NCBI GenBank assembly: GCA_964016885.1
Contig: OZ024743.1
Coordinates: 250,232,001-250,296,000 of the forward strand
Length of the DNA stretch: 64,000 nucleotides
From: Eledone cirrhosa
Lineage: Eukaryota
Reading direction: 5' to 3'
A program made the translations under genes and the position numbers. The stretch's first letter is position 1. Every line of letters starts with the position of its first letter. Below are positions 1-11,492 of the stretch, one piece after another. The notes beneath the pieces are model-generated. The model did not search any database, was not told the DNA's origin, and saw nothing but the letters and a program-made list of their open reading frames with translations.

Positions 1-381
1 ACTACCGTCTATCTTTATTGCCCTGCACTTTGTTATACAGCTATCGACTTTCATGCGCATCACGTGTCCATACCAACGTAGCCTTCTCTCGAGTAAACAA
101 CATCTGATCCCTCTTATCTCTAATTTTTCCTTAGTTCGTTTATGCTTTGCCGTTCACGTATATTACTGTTACACATCCAGCGGAACATGCAAGCTTCGTT
201 CCTCTCTAGTCTGCGTATATCCTCTGCACACAATGCCCAGGTCTCACTGCCATGCAGCATTGCTGTTCGTATGCAGGCATCGTACAACCTGCCTTTCATT
301 TTTAGTGAGAACCCTTTAGCAGCTAATAGTGGTATAAGCTCTCTGAACTTTTTTCAACCAGTTCTGACTCTAGCTACAGTA
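1..381 (-). mobile_element. 5'-truncated copy of the young RTE LINE (RT C-terminal part), running off the window edge
   Basis: Near-identical to about 59961-60341 of the intact element. It stops at ...tagctacagta and runs directly into (TA)n. Confidence 0.93.
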
Positions 382-385
382 TATA

Positions 386-446
<61 letters not shown>

Positions 447-529
447 ATGTATATATGTATATATATATGTATATATATGTATATATATATACGTATATAT
501 ACGTGTATATATATATGTATATATATATG

Positions 530-598
<69 letters not shown>

Positions 599-654
599 GT
601 GTATATATATGTATATATATATATATATATATGTATGTATATATGTATGTATAT

Positions 655-702
<48 letters not shown>

Positions 703-1318
703 ATATATATATATGTATATACATGTATATATATATATATATACACATATATATATATACATATATATATACATATATATACACATATATATATATATAC
801 ATATATATATACATATATATACACATATATATATATACATATATATATACATATATATACATATATACATATATATATACATATATATACACATATATAT
901 ATATATACATATATATATACATATATATACATATATATATATATACATATATATACGTATATATATGTGTATACATACATATACATATACATATATATAT
1001 ATATATATACATATATATACACGTATATATACATATATATATACATATATATATATATACATATAAATATATATACACGTATATATACATATATATATAT
1101 ATATATACATATATATACACGTATATATACATATATATATATATATATACATATATATATACATATATATATATACACGTATATATACATATATATATAT
1201 ATATACATATATATACATATATATATATACATATATATACATATATATATATATATACATATATATACATATATATACATATATATACTTATATATACAT
1301 ATATATACATATATATAC

Positions 1319-1353
<35 letters not shown>

Positions 1354-1376
1354 CATATATATACATATATATACAT
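380..1376. repeat. Compound (TA)n/(TATG)/(TACA) microsatellite, ~1 kb
   Basis: Direct inspection; source of the YI/HI pseudo-ORFs. Confidence 0.97.
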
Positions 1377-1381
1377 AACAC

Positions 1382-2391
1382 CAACTCCTGCTCTACACCA
1401 GCACCAAAGCCCAAGTCATTACACCTGATGGGATGACAGAGTTCTTTGAGATACTGGCTGGAGTGCTCCAGGGAGATACATTGGCTCCCTACCTTTTTAT
1501 CATCGTAGTGGACTATTGTATGCGCCTTGCACTGGAGAAACACCAGGACTCTGGCTTTACTGTAGCACCGGCTCAGAGCAGGAGAGTTGGGGCGAAAAAG
1601 GTATCGGATGCTGAATTTGCCGGCGACATAGTTTTGGTGACAAATACAGTGAAGGAGGCAGAGGATTTGATGCGGGAGGTTGAGACTGTGTCGATGAGTG
1701 TGGGGCTGAGAATGAATGAGACTAAAACAAAATATCTGGTAGAGAATGTTGAGAAGCCAGAGGGGATCACTAATGTAGGCGGGAAGCCGCTGGAATTGGT
1801 TGAGGACTTCCTGTATTTGGGAGCAAAGATTGGGAATACGGAAGATGATGTGGTTGAGAGGAAGAGCAAGGCCTGGGCGGCGTGTCACAGCTTGAGATCG
1901 GTGTGGAAGTCGGACCTTCGTAGAGACCTGAAAATCCGCCTCTTCATTGCTGTAGTGGAGTCTGTGCTGCTGTATGGGTCTGAGACTTGGACACTGACCA
2001 AGAGACTCACTCAGATGGTGGATGGGTGCTACACAAGAATGCTGAGGATGGCTCTGAACATTAATCAGTATACACTGAGGATGAAAAACTCAGAGCTGTA
2101 TGGGAGCATCCCAAAAGTCAGCTCAAAATTGACACAGAGGAGACTGAGGTTGGCTGGACATGCTCACCGACATCCAGAGTTGACATTGCACTCAGTGCTC
2201 CTTTGGGAGCCCCTAAATGGACACACTAGAAGAGGAAGACCAAGGTTAACATATGTTGATGCCCTAAGGACAGACACTGGTCTGTTGGAGATGCAGGATA
2301 TGGCAGCAATAATGAGGGACAGAGACCGCTGGAGAGAACTCGTCCATGGATCTCGGGAATTTTACCCGCCTTAGATAGATAGATAGATAGA
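1382..2391 (+). mobile_element. 5'-truncated RTE-group LINE (different family from 59458-62967): RT C-terminal half with (GATA)n tail
   Basis: ORF 1433-2374 has GVLQGDTLAPYLF, FAGD at the catalytic YADD position, FLYLG, LLYGSETW, LAGH and RGRP. The stop codon is followed immediately by gatagatagatag. Both flanks are (TA)n. Confidence 0.9.
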
Positions 2392-2510
2392 TATATACAT
2401 ATATATACATATATATATATACATATATATATACATATATATATACATATATATATATATACACATATATATATGTACATTTATATGTACATATATATAC
2501 ATATATATAC

Positions 2511-2547
<37 letters not shown>

Positions 2548-2713
2548 TGCATCATTATTGGAGCTACGGGTTCTATGCCAACCCGCTTGGACCAAAGTAT
2601 GACTGAACTTGGCCGGTCCAAAAAAATATACTTGAAATTAAGAGAAAGAGATATATATACATATATATACATACATATACATATATATATACATACATAT
2701 ATACATATATATA

Positions 2714-2746
<33 letters not shown>

Positions 2747-2766
2747 GTATATACATATATATATAC

Positions 2767-2801
<35 letters not shown>

Positions 2802-2805
2802 CATA

Positions 2806-3175
2806 TCATCATCATCATCATCATCATTTCATTTTACGTCCGCTTTTTCCCTGCTTGCAAGGGTGGGACGGGAACTGATGCTGGCTTGATTTCTACAGCT
2901 GGATGCCCTTCCTTACACCAACCTCATTTACAGTGAGTGCTGGGTGCTTTTTTGCCGTGGCACCTCCACGACCACTTTGCAGTGGAATGATAGGGACCCC
3001 AGCCCCTATCATCTCATTTCTACAGCTGAGTAAACTGGAGCAATGTGAAATAAAGTGTCTTGCTCAAGGAAACAACACATCACCCGGTCTGAGAATTGAA
3101 CTCACAACCTTTCGATTGCAAGCCCAATGCTCTAACCACTAAGCCATGTGCCTCCATGGGAGCCATGTGCCTCCA
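2806..3175 (-). mobile_element. tRNA-derived SINE family A (CORE-like body, RTE-type 3' tail, (GAT)n end)
   Basis: Minus strand: A box TGGCTTAGTGG, B box GAGTTCAATTC, body CCTTGAGCAAGACACTT, tail GTTGGTGTAAGGAAGGGCATCCAGCTGTAGAAA shared with the RTE 3' UTR. Confidence 0.9.
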
Positions 3176-3995
3176 TCTATATATATATACATATATATAT
3201 ACATATATATATATATACATATACATACATATATATATATACATATATATATACATATATATATATATACATATACATATATATATACATATATATATAT
3301 ACATATATATATATGTACATATATATATGCATATATATATTTATACATATATATATATATTTACATACAAATGTGTGTGTATATATGTATATGTGTGTGT
3401 ATATATTTATGTGTGTGTATATATATATATGTAATATATATGTGTATATATGTGTGTGTGTATATATATATGTATAAATATACGTATATATATATATGTG
3501 TGTGTGTGTATACATATATATATATAAAATCATATATGTATTCATAGATGTATACAATTAAATAACCACACACACACACGTACATATAGGATAAGTTAGA
3601 TTAATAATTTGCCTGTTTATATTATATAAATCTCTCATCTCGTTAAAGCAAGCGATTTGACAGCAGAAGGAGAAGACAAAAGACTTACATGCTGTTGCCA
3701 CACACTGCGTGTGTGTGCTCATGTGTGTATGGGTGTGCTCATGTGTGTATATGTGTGCTCATGTGTGTGTGTGTGTATGTGTGTGGGTGGCATACAGAGC
3801 TACTGTGAGAGATTTGTGGCATTGGCTGCAAACCGAATCTGGTGTGTCTGTGTGTTGGAGTCTGTGAATAATTTAAGATTGAGACAAACTGTGAGAAGAG
3901 AGACAGAGAGAGGCAGCATCGAAGCAACCTTATTACTGCCATTACTATCCAATGCTCTTGTGGCAAATAAATGAAATAGTAATAATAATAGTAAT

Positions 3996-5390
3996 GTTTT
4001 CTGATTTAGGCACAAGTACAGCAATTTTGGGGGAGGGGAAAGTTGATTAAATTGACCCTGGTACTTTATTTTATCAACCCAGTAAGAATGAAAGGCAAAG
4101 CTAACTTTGGCATTATTTGAACTCAGAATGTAAAGAGATGTAAATCTATGCCGCGAAACATGGTGTCTGACACGCTACCGATAGCGCCAGTCCACCACCC
4201 AGTTATAATAATTTCTGATTTAAGCACAAGGCCAGCAATTTTGGATTCAGGGAATGTCAATTAATTTGACCCTAGTCCATGACTGGTATTTTATTTTATC
4301 GACCCTGTAAGGATGAAAGGCAAAGCTAACCTCGGCGTTATTTGAACTCAGAACATAAACAGTCGTAACTCTATGCCACAAAGCACGGTGTCCAATACTG
4401 CCAATCCACCACCCAATAATAATGATAATAATAATAATAATAAGAAGAAGAAGAGGAAGAAAGCATTATTATTATTATTATTATTATTATTTACAGTAGT
4501 TTTATTGCTTCTTGTGATGTATATATTTACTTCGTTTTTGTAAGTTTTGCTCACACACCCACATATATATTCATATGTGCAAAGCAGTTCCATAAACCAT
4601 GTGTCTGTGTGTGTGTACACCCACACAGGATTTTTTTTTCAATCATCCAATTTGTATGTAAACCTTCACATTATGTAACCTCTCTTTGTAATATCTCATT
4701 CATCCAGTGCCATTGTGGGCAATATATGAAATAGTAAAAATAATGTTTCTACTTTTGACACAAGGCCAGCAATTATCCCAGTGGTACTTTATTACTGGTA
4801 TTTTATTTTATCGACCCTGTAGGGATAAAAGGCAAAGTTCACCTCGGTGGGATTTGAACTCACACTGTAAAGGGCCGTATCTCTAAGCTGCAAAGCATAG
4901 CGTCTAACCTCTGTCGATACTGCCAACCTTTCTACTTTAGATACAAGGCCAGTAATTTGGGAGCATGAGGAAAGCCAATTATATCAACTCCAGAAGGATA
5001 AAAGACAAAATTAACCTTGGTAGGATTTGAACACAGAACATAAAATAATAATAATTGTTTCTACTTTAGGCACAAGGCCAGCAATTTAAAGGGGATGGGA
5101 AAGTCGATTAAATCGACCCCAGTGCATTACTGGTGCTTTATCAACCACATAAAGATGAAAAGCAAAGCTAACTTCGGTGGGATTTGAACTCAGAACAAAT
5201 AATAATAATCATGATAATAATAATAAATTTAATTGTCTTTGTTAGAGTGGATTGGTAGAATCACTAGAGTGTCAGACAAAATGCCATACTGGCTATAGTT
5301 TTGCATTTTTACATTCTGAGTTCAAATCTCTCTGAGATCAAATTTGCCTTTCATCCTTCAAGGGATTGGAGGGAAGGGTTGATAAAATAG
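3996..5390 (-). mobile_element. Cluster of about six copies of SINE family B (five minus, last one plus)
   Basis: Repeated module ttct..tttaggcacaaggccagcaatt...ggtactttattttatcgaccc.gtaaggatgaaaggcaaag.taacctcgg...gatttgaactcaga. On the minus strand it has B box GAGTTCAAATC and an (ATT)n tail. Confidence 0.85.
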
Positions 5391-5479
5391 CATCTTGACT
5401 TGTGGCATGGAACTTTTTCCTGGTAGAACCAACACTCTCCACTGTTGCAGCCTTTTCTTCCTCTTCCTTTCCCTGAACC

Positions 5480-6000
5480 TCGACAGAATTTCAAGGAAAT
5501 ACTGCTTATTAACGGTTTGGCCTTCAGGAACCCATTCAATTAGCCCCTGGAAGTCGAAGAAAGGAATAACCGTGGCCTCCTCTTGTGAGCTGCCTGTCTT
5601 TACTTTCTTGGGCCTGGGGGAGGAGATGTGCTTTCACTGGGCATTCAGGTTCATAGGTGAATACCCAACTCTCCATGCAAGTCACTATTTTAAATAGCAA
5701 ACCAGAATCAGCCTCTATCATATTGAAAACATCAGTGCAACATTCCATACAAAACTGCCTCTTGTCATCAGAGAGGATCTTTGGCACAAACTTTGTGGAT
5801 CTCCAGATCTTTCATCAGAATTGTTTCTACTGAGCCTATATTTATACCAACAACTTCAAATGTGATCCTCAGAGTAACTTGATGGGCTTGCATCACTAAC
5901 CTTCACACTTTCTCAATATTTTCTTCATTTTGAGTACCTGCTAATTTCCTTCAGAAAACCGTTAAAACCATCTGTAGAATCTTGCTTTGCTCATAAATTC
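5480..6000 (-). pseudogene. Decayed mariner transposase
   Basis: Minus-strand translation KFVPKILSDDKRQFCMECC...KIVTCMESWVFTYEPE matches the mariner WVPxxL and IVTGDETW motifs; stops and frameshifts present. Confidence 0.7.
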
Positions 6001-6313
6001 ATTTCCCAAATTTTCCTTTAATGAATATTTCATAGGCTTCTTCTTTGGTTTGCTTAAGTTTAATACAAAATTTGATGGCACTTCATTGCTCCATGTTTTC
6101 CTTGCATCATACCACGTGTTGAGAGATCGGTGAATCAGATCACACTGGTTACACTACGTACACTGCTGTACTCCAATCTAGGCAGATAGGAAGTTGCCAG
6201 TTAGTCACTTTATACATTATATGTAAGTCTTCTTCACTATCAAGTAGCATTCTAATTGAATTATATTTTTATATTTAATGCCTCCCCTGAAATTTTCTCA
6301 TTATTTATTGAAC

Positions 6314-6352
<39 letters not shown>

Positions 6353-7100
6353 TGTGTGTGTGTCTATATATATATGTGTGTATGTGTGTGTGTGTGTCTA
6401 TATATATGTGTGTGTGTGTGTGTACCTATATATATATGTGTGTGTGTGTGTGTACCTATATATATGTGTGTGTGTGTGTGTGTACCTATATATATATGTG
6501 TGTGTGTGTCCATATATACATACACACACAATGCAGAGAGAGAGAGAGAGAAGAACCTATAAAATATTGACACAGAAAGGATGAATAGAGCAAAGCAAGC
6601 AGCAGCAGCAATATATTTTCTTTCAAAAATTTTGATCATTATAATTCCCCCTAATCAATAATTGCTTTATTCATTATTATTATTTTTACCAATAGAATTT
6701 GAATAGCGAAAATAAAAGTATAAGAAAATACAAATAATAATGATAAGTATAATAACAGTAAAAATTTGTTTTGTGTTATTCTATGTTAATGTATAAGTAT
6801 CATTAGGAACCTATTTTCTGATATTAGAACATACATTTCACAAGTAGGTGGGGATAGGTACAATACTTCAAATACAGGAGGATGGAAGGAGAAAGTTATA
6901 TAGTTATATTAACTGAGACCATCTCAGAGCAGTACTTCACTAGCGCTGTTTTTCATCAGGCACACACACTTTCATTTGAAGAATGAAAAAGTTGACTTCT
7001 GTAGGATTTGAACTCAAATAAATGCAGCAGAATATTTTACTGATACACTTCCATTCTAATAATAATCATTTTGTATCTGTATGTATATGTATATATATAT

Positions 7101-7244
7101 GAGAAGTTTGATCGCTGCAGTGAGCTAAGATTACAGTTACATACTCCAGGGGGATTACTTTGAAGGAGAAAACTCTTAGTGTGAAGTTTGGGTATGAAAT
7201 AAATCTTTTGTGACATCAGTCCTGGAACTTTTCTGACCCACCTC

Positions 7245-7245
<1 letters not shown>
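7101..7245 (-). mobile_element. Solo 5' end (TIR plus 40 bp) of the long-TIR mariner at 25792-26678
   Basis: Near-identical to about 26535-26678; flanked by (TA)n. Confidence 0.9.
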
Positions 7246-7327
<82 letters not shown>

Positions 7328-7387
7328 TTTTGAGGTCTTGCTTTGCTTAACTAATGAATATATATATATACAGAGAGAGAGAGAGAG

Positions 7388-7464
7388 TAAATGAGTCTGA
7401 GTGCTGAAAATGGGAAGACAAAAAATCATGGGGGTACTCAATGCATGAGGAGATGCAGAGTGGG
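7388..7464 (-). mobile_element. Tail-only fragment of the fold-back (Penelope-like) family
   Basis: Minus strand ACTC-TGCAT-CTCCTC-ATGCA-TT-GAGT at 7436-7461, with 48 nt to the microsatellite boundary. Confidence 0.55.
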
Positions 7465-7692
7465 TATATATATATATATAGACACATATATATATATAAC
7501 ATATATATAATATATATACATATATATACATACATATATATAATATTTATACATATATGCACACACACACATACATATATATAATATATATACACATACA
7601 CACACATACATATATATAATATACATTCATATATATACACACATACATATATATAATATATATCATATATATATACACACATACATATATAT

Positions 7693-7868
7693 AATACCAA
7701 CATCTAGAAGACTCAATAGAAGTTATATATAATGAATGATTACAAAGACAGGATACAATTTTTTCACATTTTAATTAATTCAATAAACTGTTATAATTAT
7801 TTTAAACAGCAGTTTATTGTCATTAAAACATGAAAAATAGCTTCCTGTCTTTGTAATTCTTCATATAT
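7693..7868 (-). mobile_element. Degenerate fold-back insertion
   Basis: Arms gaatgattacaaagacagga...caataaactg / cagtttattg...tcctgtctttgtaattcttc, with a one-sided extension containing minus-strand CTATTGAGTC. Confidence 0.5.
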
Positions 7869-8054
7869 CAAATATATATCAAGACTGTGTTATATACCAA
7901 ACTATAAGGATTCCTATTATATATGGAATGGTACAATTGACATGGAGTGCTTGATACTGCTTACACTTCAATTAATTGATGTTTTGTAATACAAGTGCCA
8001 CACTTCTAATTAATTAAATAATCATTTAAATGAAGAGTGTATAAATATATATAT

Positions 8055-8132
<78 letters not shown>

Positions 8133-8135
<3 letters not shown>

Positions 8136-8720
8136 ATATGGAAAACGAAGAATCAGTGTAGCATCAAAACACAATTTATTAACATATTACAATTGTTTCT
8201 CCGGTGAACAGCTCGAGGTGTGATCTATTTGTGGATTGAACCTGACTCTGGATTTGTAAGTTCCTCAGATACGTCTAGCGACTTTGAAGCAAATCCTCTG
8301 TCTGTTGCATTCCGTCCCTTTGAATTTCCTTCATCTGCCATCATCCTGTTTGCACAGCCCATCAATTGGTCAAGAGTTTGAGACGTCATCTGTATGTTTG
8401 ACCATTCAAAACTGCCCACTGACCTTTTCCATTCAGGCATGAGCTGTCACTCACCTTAATTCTGTTGCCAGAATTACTGCTACATAGGTATGGAGTTCTG
8501 ATCTGCCTTGCCTGTCCCTAGCTTGCCTGTAACCTGACACATACCCGCATACATGTGTGCTCACACACAGACATTCCGAGCTCCTGTAATACGTTAATAA
8601 ATTGTGTTTCGATGCATCACTGATTCTTCGTTTTCCATATTATTATACTCTGCACTGAAGGAGCATAGAGTGCTCTACCGGCATACTACCTATGGGCGCA
8701 TCCAAGCAAGCTTACTACAA
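8133..8720. mobile_element. Penelope-like pLTR remnant: ~59-bp inverted arms, internal hammerhead, one-sided tail
   Basis: 8133-8191 is the inverse of 8585-8643. Tail 8644-8720 contains ACTC-TGC..GCA-TA-GAGT. Flanked by (GT)n/(TA)n. Confidence 0.75.
8181..8275 (-). ncRNA. Type I hammerhead ribozyme-like motif
   Basis: GACGUAU-CUGAGGA-[62 nt]-GAAAC-AAUU-GUA^AUAUGUU: 7-bp stem I, conserved core and minimal palindromic stem III. Stem II is atypical. Confidence 0.65.
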
Positions 8721-8730
8721 ATATATATAT

Positions 8731-9070
8731 GGAGGCACATGGCTTAGTGGTTAGAGCATTGGTCTTGCAATCGAAAGGTTGTGAGTTCAATTCTCAGACT
8801 GGGTGATGTGTTGTTTCCTTGAGCAAGACACTTTATTTCACATTGCTCCAGTTTACTCAGCTGTAGAAATGAGATGATAGGGACTGGGATCCCTATCATT
8901 CCACTGCAAAGTGGTCATGGAGGTGCCACGGCAAAAAAGCCCCCAGCACTCATTGTAAATGAGGTTGGTGTTAGGAAGGGCATCCAGCTGTAGAAATCAA
9001 GCCAGAATCAGTTCCCGTCCCACCCTTGCAAGCAGGGAAAGGTGGACGTAAAATGAAATGAAATGAATGA
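8731..9070 (+). mobile_element. SINE family A, full length
   Basis: GGAGGCACATGGCTTAGTGGTTAGAGC head through the GGACGTAAAATG tail. Confidence 0.92.
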
Positions 9071-9334
9071 AAAGATAACTGTAGAGCAAATATTGATTTG
9101 AAAAGATTATAAATTTAAGCACAGAATCTCTGCTTTCACTCCTTCATGTGATCTTTAGAAACTGAGATAGTTTCAAAATTGTGGATGCAGATATATACAT
9201 TTCAAAATATTACAGCAAAATATTATTTTCAAAATTCAGTAAAGCATAACAGATGAACGAGAGGATGTGAAGTAGAACTTCAATTGACAAACATGCAAAT
9301 AGATTACATAGCAATATATATTATATATATATAT

Positions 9335-9587
9335 ATATATAATTCAAAATTAAAAGATATATGTATATATATATAGAGAGAGAAAGGACCATATATCCAA
9401 GAGAATACACAATATATTGTGTTTTTCTCTTAGATATAAGGTCCTTTCTCTCTCACTCACTCTCTCTCTCTCTCTATATATATATATATCCTTTAATTTT
9501 GAATTATTATAGCTCTGGACACAATCTATTGAGCTCTTTTATTGAGAAGCCCATAAATCAAACATACTTGATATGTTTTGATACCTC
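9335..9587 (+). mobile_element. Loop-less fold-back insertion with tail
   Basis: Palindrome centred on cacaatatattgtg (~9407-9420), extending to aattcaaaattaaa / tttaattttgaatt. Tail has GCTC-TGGA-CACAA-TCTA-TT-GAGC (9512-9534). Confidence 0.65.
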
Positions 9588-9834
9588 ATATTTGTATATT
9601 GATATATATATATATATATATATGTAACCATGTGTGTTAAGAATACAGTGGAAATTGATAATTTGAAAATTGAATAAGAAGCTTTCACCATATTTTGACT
9701 ACAGAGTATAGTTTATAACAGGGAATATAAGACCCCATAATGGAAAAAAATAGGTATCACTATGTATAGTAGATGATCTCGCACCTCTTATCTGCATAAG
9801 TGTGGTAGACTGACTACACCAACCTACGCACCAC

Positions 9835-9895
<61 letters not shown>

Positions 9896-10209
9896 GCACA
9901 CATACATATATATAATGAATTTGAAAACAGAAAAATCAAGAAAATAGGAGAGCATGAAATATTCAAGTAATTAGTATGATGCTCAGAAGAGAAAGGCATT
10001 CTTGGTGTTTTGGGCAAGAGAAAAAATACAGGAAAAGTTTTGGTGGAGAGCCTACACACACATATGTATAGTGGCTCAATGAGAGGCTTCTACAGCATAA
10101 CTTTACCTTCTAGAAATAGCAGCTAAATATCACATTTTTAAAAAAGCTGATACTAAGATGTAGTGGAATGATGGAATCTTGCATTACTACATATGTATAT
10201 ATACATATA

Positions 10210-10810
10210 TCATCATCATTATCATCGTTTTTATGTCCATTTTTTTCAAGCACTTATAGGCTGGATGGGTGCTTTTCAGCACAGCATCTCTCCACTTGCC
10301 GGGTTCCTTCACCATCTCCTCTGTGAGCCTCAGTGGTTTGAAATCAGCTTTCACCAACTCTGCCCAGGTTTTCCTTGGTCTACCTCTACTGCAGCTTCCT
10401 TCCATTTGGATTTGAATTTCCTGCACTTCTTCATCCAGCAATCATCATCCATGTACATCATGTCTGTACCAATGCAGTCTTCTCTCTTGCACACTACTTT
10501 GGATTTCTATTAAACCCAGTTTCTCCCTCAGGTCATCCAAGCTCTGCCTCTCTCTTACATTTGCATTGCACATCCAATGAAGCATGGTTGCTTCATTTCT
10601 CTTCAGCCTAAACATGTCCTCTGTACTGCCCATGCTGCACTACCATGCAGTATTGCACTTCACACGCAGGTATCATACGGCCATTTCTTTTTTGTATGTA
10701 ATGAGAAATATTTTGTTGCCAACAGTGGGAGCTCACTAAACATTTTCCATCCTATCCTTATTCTAGCTATTATGTTCCCAGAGCAAGCCTGCCTCCACTG
10801 CTATTTAGGT
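10210..10810 (-). pseudogene. Old RTE LINE 3' fragment
   Basis: Translations RNEATMLHWMCN, ERRLHWY and RGRPRKTW; (CAT)n tail at the left end. Confidence 0.85.
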
Positions 10811-10844
10811 CACCTAAATAGAAGTTATCAACCATTTTTATGGA

Positions 10845-11260
10845 TTTGAACTGAGAATTGTAAAGTCTCAGTACAATTGCTATGAAGTATTTTGTCCGAT
10901 ACTTTACCGATTTTACAAATTCACTGCCCTATAGAAAAATAATAATGATTTCTATTAAATTGACCTAGTGCATTACTGGTGCTTTATTTTATCGACTCCA
11001 TAAGGATGAAAGGTAATGCTAACCTCAGTGGGATTTGAACTCATAATGTAAAGGGCCACAACTCTATGACACAAAGCAAGTTCTCCAAATTAAGGCATAA
11101 GTCCTGCAAATTTCAGAAATAAGAAGTCAATTAAATCAATCTCCACTATTGACTGGTACATTATTTTATTGACCCCCCAGAAAGATGAAAGGTAAATTTG
11201 ACTACTGCAGGATTTCAACTCAGAACATAAAATGGCCAGTGCTATAATAATTCTGTCAAT
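10845..11260 (-). mobile_element. Decayed SINE family B copies (about three)
   Basis: ggatgaaagg...gatttgaactca modules. Confidence 0.65.
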
Positions 11261-11394
11261 GTACATAAATGGTGTTTTATTTAGTCAAAATATATGTCAT
11301 ATTCTAGAGATATAAGTAAATTCTTTTTTAAAGTTTCAAATGTCATTTCAGTTTTGGCAGATACAAACAAATTGTTGTGTAAAAACAAACTGTT

Positions 11395-11492
11395 ATGATG
11401 TGTGTATATATATGATTGGAATTGTTTTGATGTGTGTATATATGATTGAAATTGTTCTGATGTGTGTATATATATGATTAGAATTGTTCTGA
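11395..11492. repeat. ~30-bp minisatellite, 3 units, followed by a GT-rich low-complexity tract to ~11795
   Basis: tgatgtgtgtatatatgatt(g/a)gaattgtt repeated three times. Confidence 0.8.

Noticed and set aside
142-1436. Long Tyr/Ile/His/Val-rich ORFs here and at 21923-22443, 37203-37832, 39955-41421, 42558-44270 and 50911-51558
   Set aside because: Stop-free translations of (TA)/(CA) microsatellites in several frames on both strands; not proteins.
3996-5200. Regularly recurring motif suggestive of a CRISPR-like array
   Set aside because: Units are whole, diverged SINE copies of variable length in eukaryotic DNA; no constant repeat-spacer pattern and no cas genes.
8731-8805. tRNA gene-like sequences (also 3085-3155, 21050-21121, 63227-63290)
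   Set aside because: These are SINE heads continuing into a shared body and LINE-type tail; no proper acceptor stem or Pol III terminator.
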